NCBI GenBank assembly: GCA_964460855.1
Contig: CAYWQH010000002.1
Span: 7,506 to 71,505, forward strand
Length of the DNA stretch: 64,000 bases
Direction: 5' to 3'
Origin: an uncultured Candidatus Saccharibacteria bacterium
GTDB taxonomy: Bacteria; Patescibacteriota; Saccharimonadia; Saccharimonadales; UBA10212
The position numbers were made by a program, and so were the translations under genes. Below are positions 9,412-16,741 of the stretch, piece after piece. Position 1 is the first letter of the stretch, and the number at the start of each line of letters is the position of its first letter. Under the pieces are notes generated by a model that saw only the letters and a program-made list of their open reading frames with translations, had not been told where the DNA came from and made no database searches.

Positions 9412-11016
9412 TTAAACCTCGGCTTCGGATACGCGTTTGGCAGGCAGACTGCCTGACAGGGCATAACTTAGCGTCGCAACTAAGGCCATAAATACCAAAG
9501 TAATAATGAATGCGTTCTTACGCGATTCGTCATAGATTCGTACTGCTTCGGCCTCGTTGGGACTGCCGGCCGGGATTTTGTCGGATATCACTTTAGTTTC
9601 TACCACTTCTACGCTGGTGCCGAGCTGCTGGCTGATTTGGGCCTTGTTGCTGTCGGTAAAGACCGTGCTTTTATCGACCATCCGGCTGATGCCGCCGGTT
9701 AAGGTTACGATTAAAATAGTACCAACAAGGGCCGTGCCAACCGACGTACCTAAAGTTTCCAATGTAGAAGTAATGCCGGAAGCCTCGGCGGTTTTTTCGG
9801 ACTTAACTGCCGACATCACTAAGTTAACAATTTGCGAGGCGACCAGGCCTAAGCCTAAGCCGTACACAAACAAACCGGGGATCAACCACCACGGATCTTT
9901 AATGACAAACATCGTGCCGGCCATAATCAGCAGGCCGACGATGCAGATTAAAAAGCCCCACTTAACTTTTTGTTTGGGCAAAAATTGCATGCCGCGGCGG
10001 GCGCCGCCTAAAGCAGTTGTTAGCAGGCCAAGCGTTAAGCCTAATAATATGAAGCCGGTGCGGAAGGCGCTGAGGCCGAAAGTTACCTGCAGGTAAAGCG
10101 GCACGGCGAAAGTGGTGCCGGAAATTAAGGCCACGTGCAGGAAGCGGATATTTAAACCGCGGGTAAATTCTTTAATGCGGAACAAGGCGGTTTCGACCAA
10201 AGTGCTTTTGTTTTTGTCGGCCCGTTTGGATTCCCATTTAACGAACCGCCACAAGCAGAAAATGCCGAGAGCGAACAGGAAAGGCACGATGGAAAGGCCA
10301 AGCGGCGCGAATTCGTGGCCGCCAATTGTGAAAGGCTGCTTGGCCAAAATTACCCCGTAATCGGCAATCGCCAAAGTGCCTAAAACCAGTAGCACCATGG
10401 CGGCGGCCTGCCAGGCCACGCCGATAATATCCAACTTAGGCCGCACTTTTGGTAAAACGTCTTTAGGCACAACAGCCTGGAAAATAAGGATCACAGCAAT
10501 AATTACGGCTTCTAACCCAAAGGCTAAACGCCAGGTAAAGAACGTCGTTAGAAAGCCGCCGATAATCGGGCCGACGGCTGTGCCTAAGGCATTTACACCG
10601 GCCATGGCGCCGTATGCCTGGGCCCGTTGTTTACCCTGGATATTGGCCCGTACGATGCTATTTACATTCGGCAACATCAGGGCCGCGCCGATGCCTTGTA
10701 TCAAACACCAGCCTAAAACGAATACGTATATATCGCCGCTGGTGCTGGCAATGATCGTACCGATCAAGTAAATTATGGCGCCGATGTAAAACGTCTTTTT
10801 CATGCCGATAATATCGGCCAGCTTGCCGCCCATCAAAACAAAGGCGGCCATTATTAGCGCGTTAAGGGCGATTGCCGCTTGCACCCCGGAAACGGTTGTG
10901 TGCAAATCCTGCACCAGGGCGGTAATCGAAACGTTCATAATGGTGTTATCAAGTACCACCACGAAAGTGCCCAGCGCCATTATCCCAACAAGTGCTTTGG
11001 AAGCTTTACCTGCCAT
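9412..11016 (-). CDS. MFS transporter, DHA2 (EmrB/QacA-like, 14-TMS) family
   Basis: At 534 aa it has many TM segments and the MFS motifs GGKLADIIGMKK and LGWCLIQGIGAALMLP. Confidence 0.85.
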   Translation of the reverse strand: MAGKASKALVGIMALGTFVVVLDNTIMNVSITALVQDLHTTVSGVQAAIALNALIMAAFVLMGGKLADIIGMKKTFYIGAIIYLIGTIIASTSGDIYVFVLGWCLIQGIGAALMLPNVNSIVRANIQGKQRAQAYGAMAGVNALGTAVGPIIGGFLTTFFTWRLAFGLEAVIIAVILIFQAVVPKDVLPKVRPKLDIIGVAWQAAAMVLLVLGTLAIADYGVILAKQPFTIGGHEFAPLGLSIVPFLFALGIFCLWRFVKWESKRADKNKSTLVETALFRIKEFTRGLNIRFLHVALISGTTFAVPLYLQVTFGLSAFRTGFILLGLTLGLLTTALGGARRGMQFLPKQKVKWGFLICIVGLLIMAGTMFVIKDPWWLIPGLFVYGLGLGLVASQIVNLVMSAVKSEKTAEASGITSTLETLGTSVGTALVGTILIVTLTGGISRMVDKSTVFTDSNKAQISQQLGTSVEVVETKVISDKIPAGSPNEAEAVRIYDESRKNAFIITLVFMALVATLSYALSGSLPAKRVSEAEV

Positions 11017-11206
11017 ATTCAGATTATTCTAACAGCTGGGCAGTTAAACGGGTAATTATTGCCCGCGCCGACAGCTCATGATTAAATATGTTTAACGTGG
11101 CCGTCCCAACGCAACCATGCGCTACTTATTCGGCGAAAAACATGGACGGACGCCAAAGCCACTGATGAATGAGTAAAAACTTTCATCAATTAACAAAGGG
11201 AAACTA

Positions 11207-11392
11207 ATGCAAGACAGCAAAAGTTCCAAAGACCACCAAAAAGACTATGAGTGGAGCCACGAGAACAGTATGAAACACTGGCGGGCGTGGGGCTCATGGT
11301 TTAGCTGGGGCAGCCCGGTTGGTCTGGGCTTGTTCTTTTTAGCCATAGCCGGCTCGCTATGGATTCTGAGCCAAGCCTTCGGCTGGAATTAA
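11207..11392 (+). CDS. hypothetical small membrane protein (61 aa)
   Basis: The ORF has GGGAAA upstream, a Trp-rich segment and one C-terminal TM helix. Confidence 0.4.
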   Translation: MQDSKSSKDHQKDYEWSHENSMKHWRAWGSWFSWGSPVGLGLFFLAIAGSLWILSQAFGWN

Positions 11393-11460
11393 TTTTCCGG
11401 CACTGCGAAAGCACCGTCTTTACTGGCGGTGTTTTTGCTTTGTAGGTTAGAATATACAAA

Positions 11461-12039
11461 ATGGATAAGCTTTATTTGCCGGTTTTAGAGGGTACGTTGC
11501 GGGTGCAGCGCAAAAGTATATATGCCGCCCGACTGGTAGCCGAAATCGGCAATACTTTTGAAGAAGTTGAAACCGAAGTTATCGACCCCCAAAACTTTTA
11601 TTTTCCGCACGACGGCAACGACCCGGAAGGTAAAGACCACCGCTATACCGAAGTAACGGCCCGGGCAGACGGCTTTTTTATAGTATCGCCGGAGTACAAC
11701 CACAGCTTTCCTGGCTCACTTAAACGCATGCTGGATAGCGAGCTGGAAAATTATATTCACAAACCAGTAGCGATTGCCGGCGTTTCTAAAACCCCGTGGG
11801 GCGGCATTAGGATGATCGAAGCACTGCTGAGCCCGCTGCGCGAAATGGGCATGGTAGCAACATTTGACGACATGCAGTTCCCGAAAATCCAGGAATTGTT
11901 TAACGAAAAAGGCCAATTGCAAAACGAAGCATACCGCGAATATATAAAAACCGCTTGGACGGAGCTCATTTGGATGGCTAAAACTCTTAAACACGGCCGC
12001 CAGAATATCCAAAGCAAATACCACCAAAACCCGCACTAG
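11461..12039 (+). CDS. NAD(P)H-dependent FMN reductase family protein
   Basis: FFIVSPEYNHSFPGSLKRMLD is the characteristic FMN_red motif, and the 192-aa size fits. Confidence 0.8.
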   Translation: MDKLYLPVLEGTLRVQRKSIYAARLVAEIGNTFEEVETEVIDPQNFYFPHDGNDPEGKDHRYTEVTARADGFFIVSPEYNHSFPGSLKRMLDSELENYIHKPVAIAGVSKTPWGGIRMIEALLSPLREMGMVATFDDMQFPKIQELFNEKGQLQNEAYREYIKTAWTELIWMAKTLKHGRQNIQSKYHQNPH

Positions 12040-12042
12040 AAC

Positions 12043-12071
12043 TTTACAAAAAATTATAAATATTGTAGGGT
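12043..12071 (+). promoter_or_regulatory. promoter-like box of cassette 1 (TTTACA-17 nt-TAGGGT)
   Basis: TTTACA at 12043-12048 and TAGGGT at 12066-12071 are separated by 17 nt, with TG just upstream of the -10. The same architecture recurs at 13116-13144. Confidence 0.4.
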
Positions 12072-12145
12072 ATTGGTAAGGACAGAGTACTGCCCAGTGC
12101 TCTCACATGGTTGGTCCAGTAAACCATACAACTAGGGAGGGACCG
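12072..12145 (+). promoter_or_regulatory. conserved structured leader of cassette 1
   Basis: It aligns with 13145-13214: AGGACAG, a hairpin (12085-12102), TGCTCTCACATGGTTGGTCC, then the RBS AGGGAGGG. Confidence 0.45.
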
Positions 12146-13027
12146 ATGGCTACGAACTCCGCTGACAAGGCGCGGAGGTTGTTCACTTCCTGCTGCGAGC
12201 TATTCGAGCAGGCTATGTTGCGCGATGTGACGTACTACGCGGGCCGCAGGCCCGATGCCAGCGGCAAGATCATCGAGCAGTGCTTCGGTTCGCTGGTGGA
12301 ACTCGAAGGCCAGTGCTGGAACTTCGACGTCGTCGTCGCCCTGTACCCACCGAAGATCCTGGACTTCGAACTTGTGCTCGTTGAGCGTGACGACCACAGT
12401 GCCCGGATCCTGATCGAAGATGGCAAGCTGACTGACAGGAAGCGCCTGGCTCCCATGCTGGAGCGGGCTCTACCTAGCGGCTTGGTCTTCCCGGAGATGA
12501 AGCGTGTCTTCGGCTACGCGCCGCATGGCACAGTCGTCGAGCTCGGCTGGTTCTTCCGAGACAAAGTCGACGTCAAGTACAACAAGGCCGGCGACACCTA
12601 CCCGCTGAAGTGCGACTACCCGAAGTTCATGTCGGGCAGCATTGGCGGCACGGCCCACATTCCGGGCTATGCGAAAGGCAAGCTGCCGATGGCGGACTTC
12701 TGGCGGCTGGTGGACGCCGGCCTGATGGTCGACTACACGCAGCTGATCGCTGACGCGCCGGAGATGTTCAGCTACCACAAGATGATGAATAGCGAAAACG
12801 CGTTCATCCGCTACGACGGCGACGCCGACCTGGGTCCGTTCCCGCCCGGACTAACCCTCTGGTACAAGGAGCCGTCGGAGATCGACCTGCAAGGCTCATC
12901 GTCGGCTGAAGAGATCGTCGACATCCGCCGGACGCTCGGCAACATCCTCAAGCGTGACCGGCCGTCGCGCCCTAATCAGCGGATCCGGGCTTCCATGAGG
13001 CGCCAGACCAAGGCGCTCGCCGCCTAA
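12146..13027 (+). CDS. orphan high-GC protein, paralog A (293 aa), ends ...TKALAA
   Basis: The ATG at 12146 sits after AGGGAGGG and aligns with the paralog B start. Codons are strongly GC3-rich. Blocks shared with paralog B include ADFWRLVDA and RYDGDADLGPFP. No domain recognised. Confidence 0.75.
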   Translation: MATNSADKARRLFTSCCELFEQAMLRDVTYYAGRRPDASGKIIEQCFGSLVELEGQCWNFDVVVALYPPKILDFELVLVERDDHSARILIEDGKLTDRKRLAPMLERALPSGLVFPEMKRVFGYAPHGTVVELGWFFRDKVDVKYNKAGDTYPLKCDYPKFMSGSIGGTAHIPGYAKGKLPMADFWRLVDAGLMVDYTQLIADAPEMFSYHKMMNSENAFIRYDGDADLGPFPPGLTLWYKEPSEIDLQGSSSAEEIVDIRRTLGNILKRDRPSRPNQRIRASMRRQTKALAA

Positions 13028-13040
13028 CCTGCGGCAACTT

Positions 13041-13098
13041 CGCCCCCGAGCGCGTTTCGCAATGCGAAGCGCCCCTGCTCGGGGGCGCTTCCATGTTT
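13041..13098 (+). terminator. conserved 58-nt GC-rich long hairpin (cassette 1 3' element)
   Basis: CGCCCCCGAGCGCGTTTCGCA-A-TGCGAAGCGC(CCCT)GCTCGGGGGCG forms the hairpin, with no U tract after it. It is nearly identical to 14088-14145. Confidence 0.6.
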
Positions 13099-13115
13099 AT
13101 AAACCATAAGAAAAC

Positions 13116-13144
13116 TTTACAAATTTTTAACTTTATTGTAGTGT
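13116..13144 (+). promoter_or_regulatory. promoter-like box of cassette 2 (TTTACA-17 nt-TAGTGT)
   Basis: The spacing and flanks (AACTTTACAAA...ATTGTAG) match cassette 1. Confidence 0.4.
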
Positions 13145-13214
13145 AATAGTCAGGACAGGGCAGTAATGCTCTCATGGTTGGTCCTAGACACAATCATCTT
13201 TAAAGGAGGCCGGC
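13145..13214 (+). promoter_or_regulatory. conserved structured leader of cassette 2 with 9-codon uORF
   Basis: AGGACAG is followed by the hairpin GGGCA-GTAA-TGCTC and then ATGGTTGGTCC. The uORF at 13174-13203 (MVGPRHNHL*) has a TAA that abuts the AAGGAGG RBS. Confidence 0.45.
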
Positions 13215-14078
13215 ATGGCCACCGACCCTGACATCACTGTTAGGGAGTTGTTCGTCGCTTGCGGCGAGCTGTTCGACCGGGCCGAGGCCCGAGGCGCTGC
13301 GCAACATGGCAGCCCCACCTGGAACTCCGACAAGATCATCCAGCAGTACACGCGCTGGGCGCTCGTCGACCTCGACGGCCGCTGTTGGAAGATCACCCGG
13401 ACAATGGGGCCGGATACGCCCCATGACGTCCAGTTCTACTCGTTGGAGTTCCGCACTCCACACGCCATTCGCGTGTACACCGTGTCGAGCGACCGGTTGG
13501 AGGGAAGCGTGTGCGATGCCACGAGGCTGCTAGCCAAGCTGCCCGTCGGCGAAGTCATCCCGCCGATGACCCGCATGTACGGCTTCGCGCCGGAGGGCAG
13601 GGTCGTCGAGCTCGGCCAGTTCAGCCGGCACACGTACGCGGTGTCAGTCAAGGGGATCGACAAGCCCTGCGAGGTGGCCTATGGCTACCCGTTCCTCTCG
13701 CGCAGCAGCGTCGACGGCACGCCGCACATCCCGGGCTTCATCGAGGGCATGCTGCGGGCGGCGGACTTCTGGCGGCTGGTGGACGCCAGCCAGATGATCG
13801 ACCTGACGGAGCTGATCGCCAAGGCGCCGGCGCCATTCTTGTACCACGAGATGCCCAGTGGTAACGGCTTCAACCGATACGACGGCGACGCCGACCTGGG
13901 TCCGTTCCCGGCCGGCATCAACTACTGGTACCGGCCCCCGAGCAAGGCCGATGCCGAGCACCAGACCGCGGACGTGAAGACGACCGACCGCCGTCCGATT
14001 CTCGCCGACAAGCTCGAGCAGTGGGCGCTGCATCCGGACGACTACCTCAAGCGGTACGCTCCCGGGTTCGCCGCCTAA
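13215..14078 (+). CDS. orphan high-GC protein, paralog B (287 aa), ends ...APGFAA
   Basis: AAAGGAGG lies 6 nt upstream of the ATG. GC3 is very high. It is colinear with paralog A at the protein level. Confidence 0.75.
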   Translation: MATDPDITVRELFVACGELFDRAEARGAAQHGSPTWNSDKIIQQYTRWALVDLDGRCWKITRTMGPDTPHDVQFYSLEFRTPHAIRVYTVSSDRLEGSVCDATRLLAKLPVGEVIPPMTRMYGFAPEGRVVELGQFSRHTYAVSVKGIDKPCEVAYGYPFLSRSSVDGTPHIPGFIEGMLRAADFWRLVDASQMIDLTELIAKAPAPFLYHEMPSGNGFNRYDGDADLGPFPAGINYWYRPPSKADAEHQTADVKTTDRRPILADKLEQWALHPDDYLKRYAPGFAA

Positions 14079-14087
14079 CTGCACCCA

Positions 14088-14145
14088 CGCCCCCGAGCGC
14101 GTTTCGCAATGCGAAGCGCCCCTGCCCGGGGGCGCTTCCATGTAT
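14088..14145 (+). terminator. conserved 58-nt GC-rich long hairpin (cassette 2 3' element)
   Basis: The sequence is the same as 13041-13098 except for T->C in the 3' arm and one base in the tail. Confidence 0.6.
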
Positions 14146-14202
14146 TTACGCTGTTAGGCCTCATGAAAATTCTGTAAAATATATGTATAACAGGGAGCTG
14201 CC

Positions 14203-14805
14203 ATGAGAAAAATAGTCGTACTTAGTTTTATATCTTTAGACGGCGTAATGCAGGCGCCGGGCGGCCCGGAAGAAGACACTTCCGGCGGTTTCAAATACGG
14301 CGGCTGGACCGTGCCTTATTGGAACGAAGAATCTAACGTGCAGATGAGTAAGCAAATGGGCATGCCGTTTGAAATGCTGCTGGGCCGCAAAACTTATGAT
14401 ATTTTTGCAGGCTACTGGCCGCACCAAAAGGGCGAAATTGCCGACCCTTTTAACAAAACAATTAAATATGTATTATCTGAATCACCGCTAAAGCTGGAAT
14501 GGGAAAATTCCAAGCTTATCGATGGTGACGTTGTATCAAAAATTAAAGATTTGAAAAACCAGGACGGCCCGGTGCTTCAAGTTCACGGCAGCGGCGACAT
14601 GATTCAAACTTTGTTGAAAAACGATTTAGTCAATGAGCTGTGGCTCAAGATTTTCCCGGTAACTTTGGGTGCGGGTAAAAAACTATTTGCCGATGGCACC
14701 ATGCCAGCGCGGTTCGAAATGACCGACTCCACAATTACTTCTAACGGAGTTATTTTTGCAAATTACAAGCGCGCAGGTGACGTTGAAACCGGCTCAATGG
14801 CATAA
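14203..14805 (+). CDS. dihydrofolate-reductase-like (RibD C-terminal domain) family protein
   Basis: MRKIVVLSFISLDGVMQAPGGPEED...GGW...LLGRKTYDIF...GSGDMIQTLL is the typical RibD_C/YwjB-like pattern. Confidence 0.8.
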   Translation: MRKIVVLSFISLDGVMQAPGGPEEDTSGGFKYGGWTVPYWNEESNVQMSKQMGMPFEMLLGRKTYDIFAGYWPHQKGEIADPFNKTIKYVLSESPLKLEWENSKLIDGDVVSKIKDLKNQDGPVLQVHGSGDMIQTLLKNDLVNELWLKIFPVTLGAGKKLFADGTMPARFEMTDSTITSNGVIFANYKRAGDVETGSMA

Positions 14806-14870
14806 GAAAACTCTAAGCTCACTCCGCCGATAGATTTTTATGTTAGCATTAACATTAAGTTGCTTATGCT

Positions 14871-15227
14871 ATGAATGACAAACATTTAAAGTGGTTCGGA
14901 CGGGCCGCGCTGGCAATAGGTATCGCTATGCCGGTGCTGCTAGGCAGAATTAACGGATGCGACGTTGGTTTACTTGGCATTATTCGAGGGCATAATGCCT
15001 ATATAATTCCTCATCCTGGTGGTAGCTGGGACTACAATGGCCAATTCAAGACTGATGAAATTATAGTATTTGGAATATCAACTATACTGGTTGCCATATT
15101 CTTCGCTACCAGGAAATATGAAAACAGAAAAAAAATAATCATAGCTATATTGCAAATTATTGGGATTGAAGTAGGCCTGATTATACTTACTTTTGCCGTA
15201 AATTTTGATAAGTGTTTTACGTTTTAG
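14871..15227 (+). CDS. hypothetical membrane protein (118 aa)
   Basis: An ORF with three hydrophobic segments, lower GC, and no motif. Confidence 0.45.
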   Translation: MNDKHLKWFGRAALAIGIAMPVLLGRINGCDVGLLGIIRGHNAYIIPHPGGSWDYNGQFKTDEIIVFGISTILVAIFFATRKYENRKKIIIAILQIIGIEVGLIILTFAVNFDKCFTF

Positions 15228-15582
15228 CAATATTTTGGCGAAATATCTTGTCCATTGATTTGCCTTTAGCGAGCTCGTCGACCAGCTTATCTAGATAGCG
15301 GATGTCCTGCATCAGCGGGTCTTCGATATTTTCGACCCTGACGCCACAGATTATGCCTGTGATTTGCTTGCGGGCCGGGTTAAGCCTGGGCGCTTTAGTG
15401 TAAAAGGTTTCCAGGCTGGCCTGGCTAGCTAGACGAGCTTCCAGCGCCGGCTGGTTATAGCCGGTTAACCAGCGGATTATTTCGTCTAACTCATCTTTGG
15501 TCCGGCCTTTTTTAACGGCCTTGGCGACATAGTATGGGTAAATCCGGGCAAAGGGCGTGGCGTAAAGATTCTCTTTTTTCAT
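15217..15582 (-). CDS. DUF2200-family protein
   Basis: FARIYPYYVAKAVKKGRTKDELDEIIRWLTGY matches what I remember of DUF2200. Confidence 0.7.
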   Translation of the reverse strand: MKKENLYATPFARIYPYYVAKAVKKGRTKDELDEIIRWLTGYNQPALEARLASQASLETFYTKAPRLNPARKQITGIICGVRVENIEDPLMQDIRYLDKLVDELAKGKSMDKIFRQNIAKT

Positions 15583-15657
15583 ATCTTAATTGTACAAGCA
15601 ATTAATTTTATAGCGCTTCGCTTAGCGGCGTGATTTAATTTTAATTAGGAGGTTAAC

Positions 15658-15861
15658 ATGAGTAAAACTAAGCGGGCAAGCAAAACTGTAGTTAAGACGG
15701 GCGGAGGCGGCGGCGCCTGGTTTTTGGGTTTCGTAGGTACTCTGGTATATTTTTTGCACTACCATTCGGGCTCACTTTGGCTGGTGCTGGTGGCTATATT
15801 TAAAGCCATATTTTGGCCGGCCTACCTGGTATATTACCTGTTCCGGTTTATGGGTATTTAG
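15658..15861 (+). CDS. hypothetical small membrane protein (67 aa)
   Basis: AGGAGG RBS is present, with a basic N-terminus and two TM helices. Confidence 0.45.
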   Translation: MSKTKRASKTVVKTGGGGGAWFLGFVGTLVYFLHYHSGSLWLVLVAIFKAIFWPAYLVYYLFRFMGI

Positions 15862-15872
15862 CTTACAAGCCT

Positions 15873-16676
15873 TTAAACATTGAGGCCTAACTTACCGCAC
15901 ATGGTCGCGGCGCGAGTGGGGCTGGATGCGTACCTGTTTATTAGTTCCCGGGCTTCGTTATTTAAGCCGGCGTCAGTCAATTTGCCGGCGTGCGTAAATA
16001 AAATTTTATCGAGCGATGCGAGCATTTTCTGCCGCTCTGTCGTGCACGAACCATACATATATATTAGGTTATGGGCCACTCTTAAATTAGAATTTAAGGC
16101 CATCTGCTTGGCGGCCCGGTGAATATAAAAATCAATGATATTATGGGCGGCAGCCGCCCGTTCGCCGGACAATTGCGTGATCGTAGATTTGGCTTGTTCG
16201 AACATTTCGTTTTTAGCATAATTTTCGGCTTCTGCTACCGATGGGATGCTGCGCAGCTGGTCGAGAAGTGTTTCGTTAATAAATATAAAGTATTCATCCT
16301 TATCCCACGCGTTTACAGGTTCGATATTATCAACTGGCTGGTTTGCCCGGGCTTCATCCGCTTCATGTTTAACTTTTAATTCGGCGATAATTGAATGCAG
16401 CCGGGCTAATTCTTCTTTAGGGAACTTAATACCCCCATAAGATTTTAATATTTGGAACAGCAATGCCTGCCAGGCATCATGCTCGGATGCATCCGAGCTG
16501 CTTTTGCGCAAACTATTTACAGCTTCGACGAGGTCTACTGGCTCCAGCAGCTTTTGCCCATTAACAACCTCCATGGCAAATTCCAGGTCGTCTTGCAAAG
16601 AGGCCTCACCCAGAACTTTAAACATTTCTAGATGCTTAGGCTGCATTGCAGCGGCTGGTTGAGGACTGGTTTCCAT
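15873..16676 (-). CDS. hypothetical protein (267 aa)
   Basis: A long ORF with GGGAG upstream, predicted helical and soluble, with no recognisable motif. Confidence 0.6.
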   Translation of the reverse strand: METSPQPAAAMQPKHLEMFKVLGEASLQDDLEFAMEVVNGQKLLEPVDLVEAVNSLRKSSSDASEHDAWQALLFQILKSYGGIKFPKEELARLHSIIAELKVKHEADEARANQPVDNIEPVNAWDKDEYFIFINETLLDQLRSIPSVAEAENYAKNEMFEQAKSTITQLSGERAAAAHNIIDFYIHRAAKQMALNSNLRVAHNLIYMYGSCTTERQKMLASLDKILFTHAGKLTDAGLNNEARELINRYASSPTRAATMCGKLGLNV

Positions 16677-16741
16677 TATTCAAGCTCCCGTCTGCTAATA
16701 AAAATATATTAACCAATTGCCCGCCTAATTAAAATCGATTT

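Noticed and set aside
9557-11032. Plus-strand ORFs antisense to the MFS gene (and likewise 51589-52227 antisense to the second MFS gene)
   Set aside because: The opposite strand encodes full-length transporters with MFS motifs. The antisense products are low-complexity.
12107-12145. Track start (ATG at 12107) for paralog A
   Set aside because: There is no RBS upstream. The ATG at 12146 follows AGGGAGGG and aligns with the RBS and ATG of paralog B. In copy 2 the homologous upstream ATG opens only a 9-codon uORF.
12200-14141. Numerous antisense and alternate-frame ORFs inside the high-GC cassettes (e.g. 12470-12778, 13200-13463, 13511-13864, 13644-14141)
   Set aside because: Long stop-free frames are expected on all frames of GC-rich DNA. 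Only the two plus-strand frames have RBSs, mutual protein-level homology and GC3-type codon bias.
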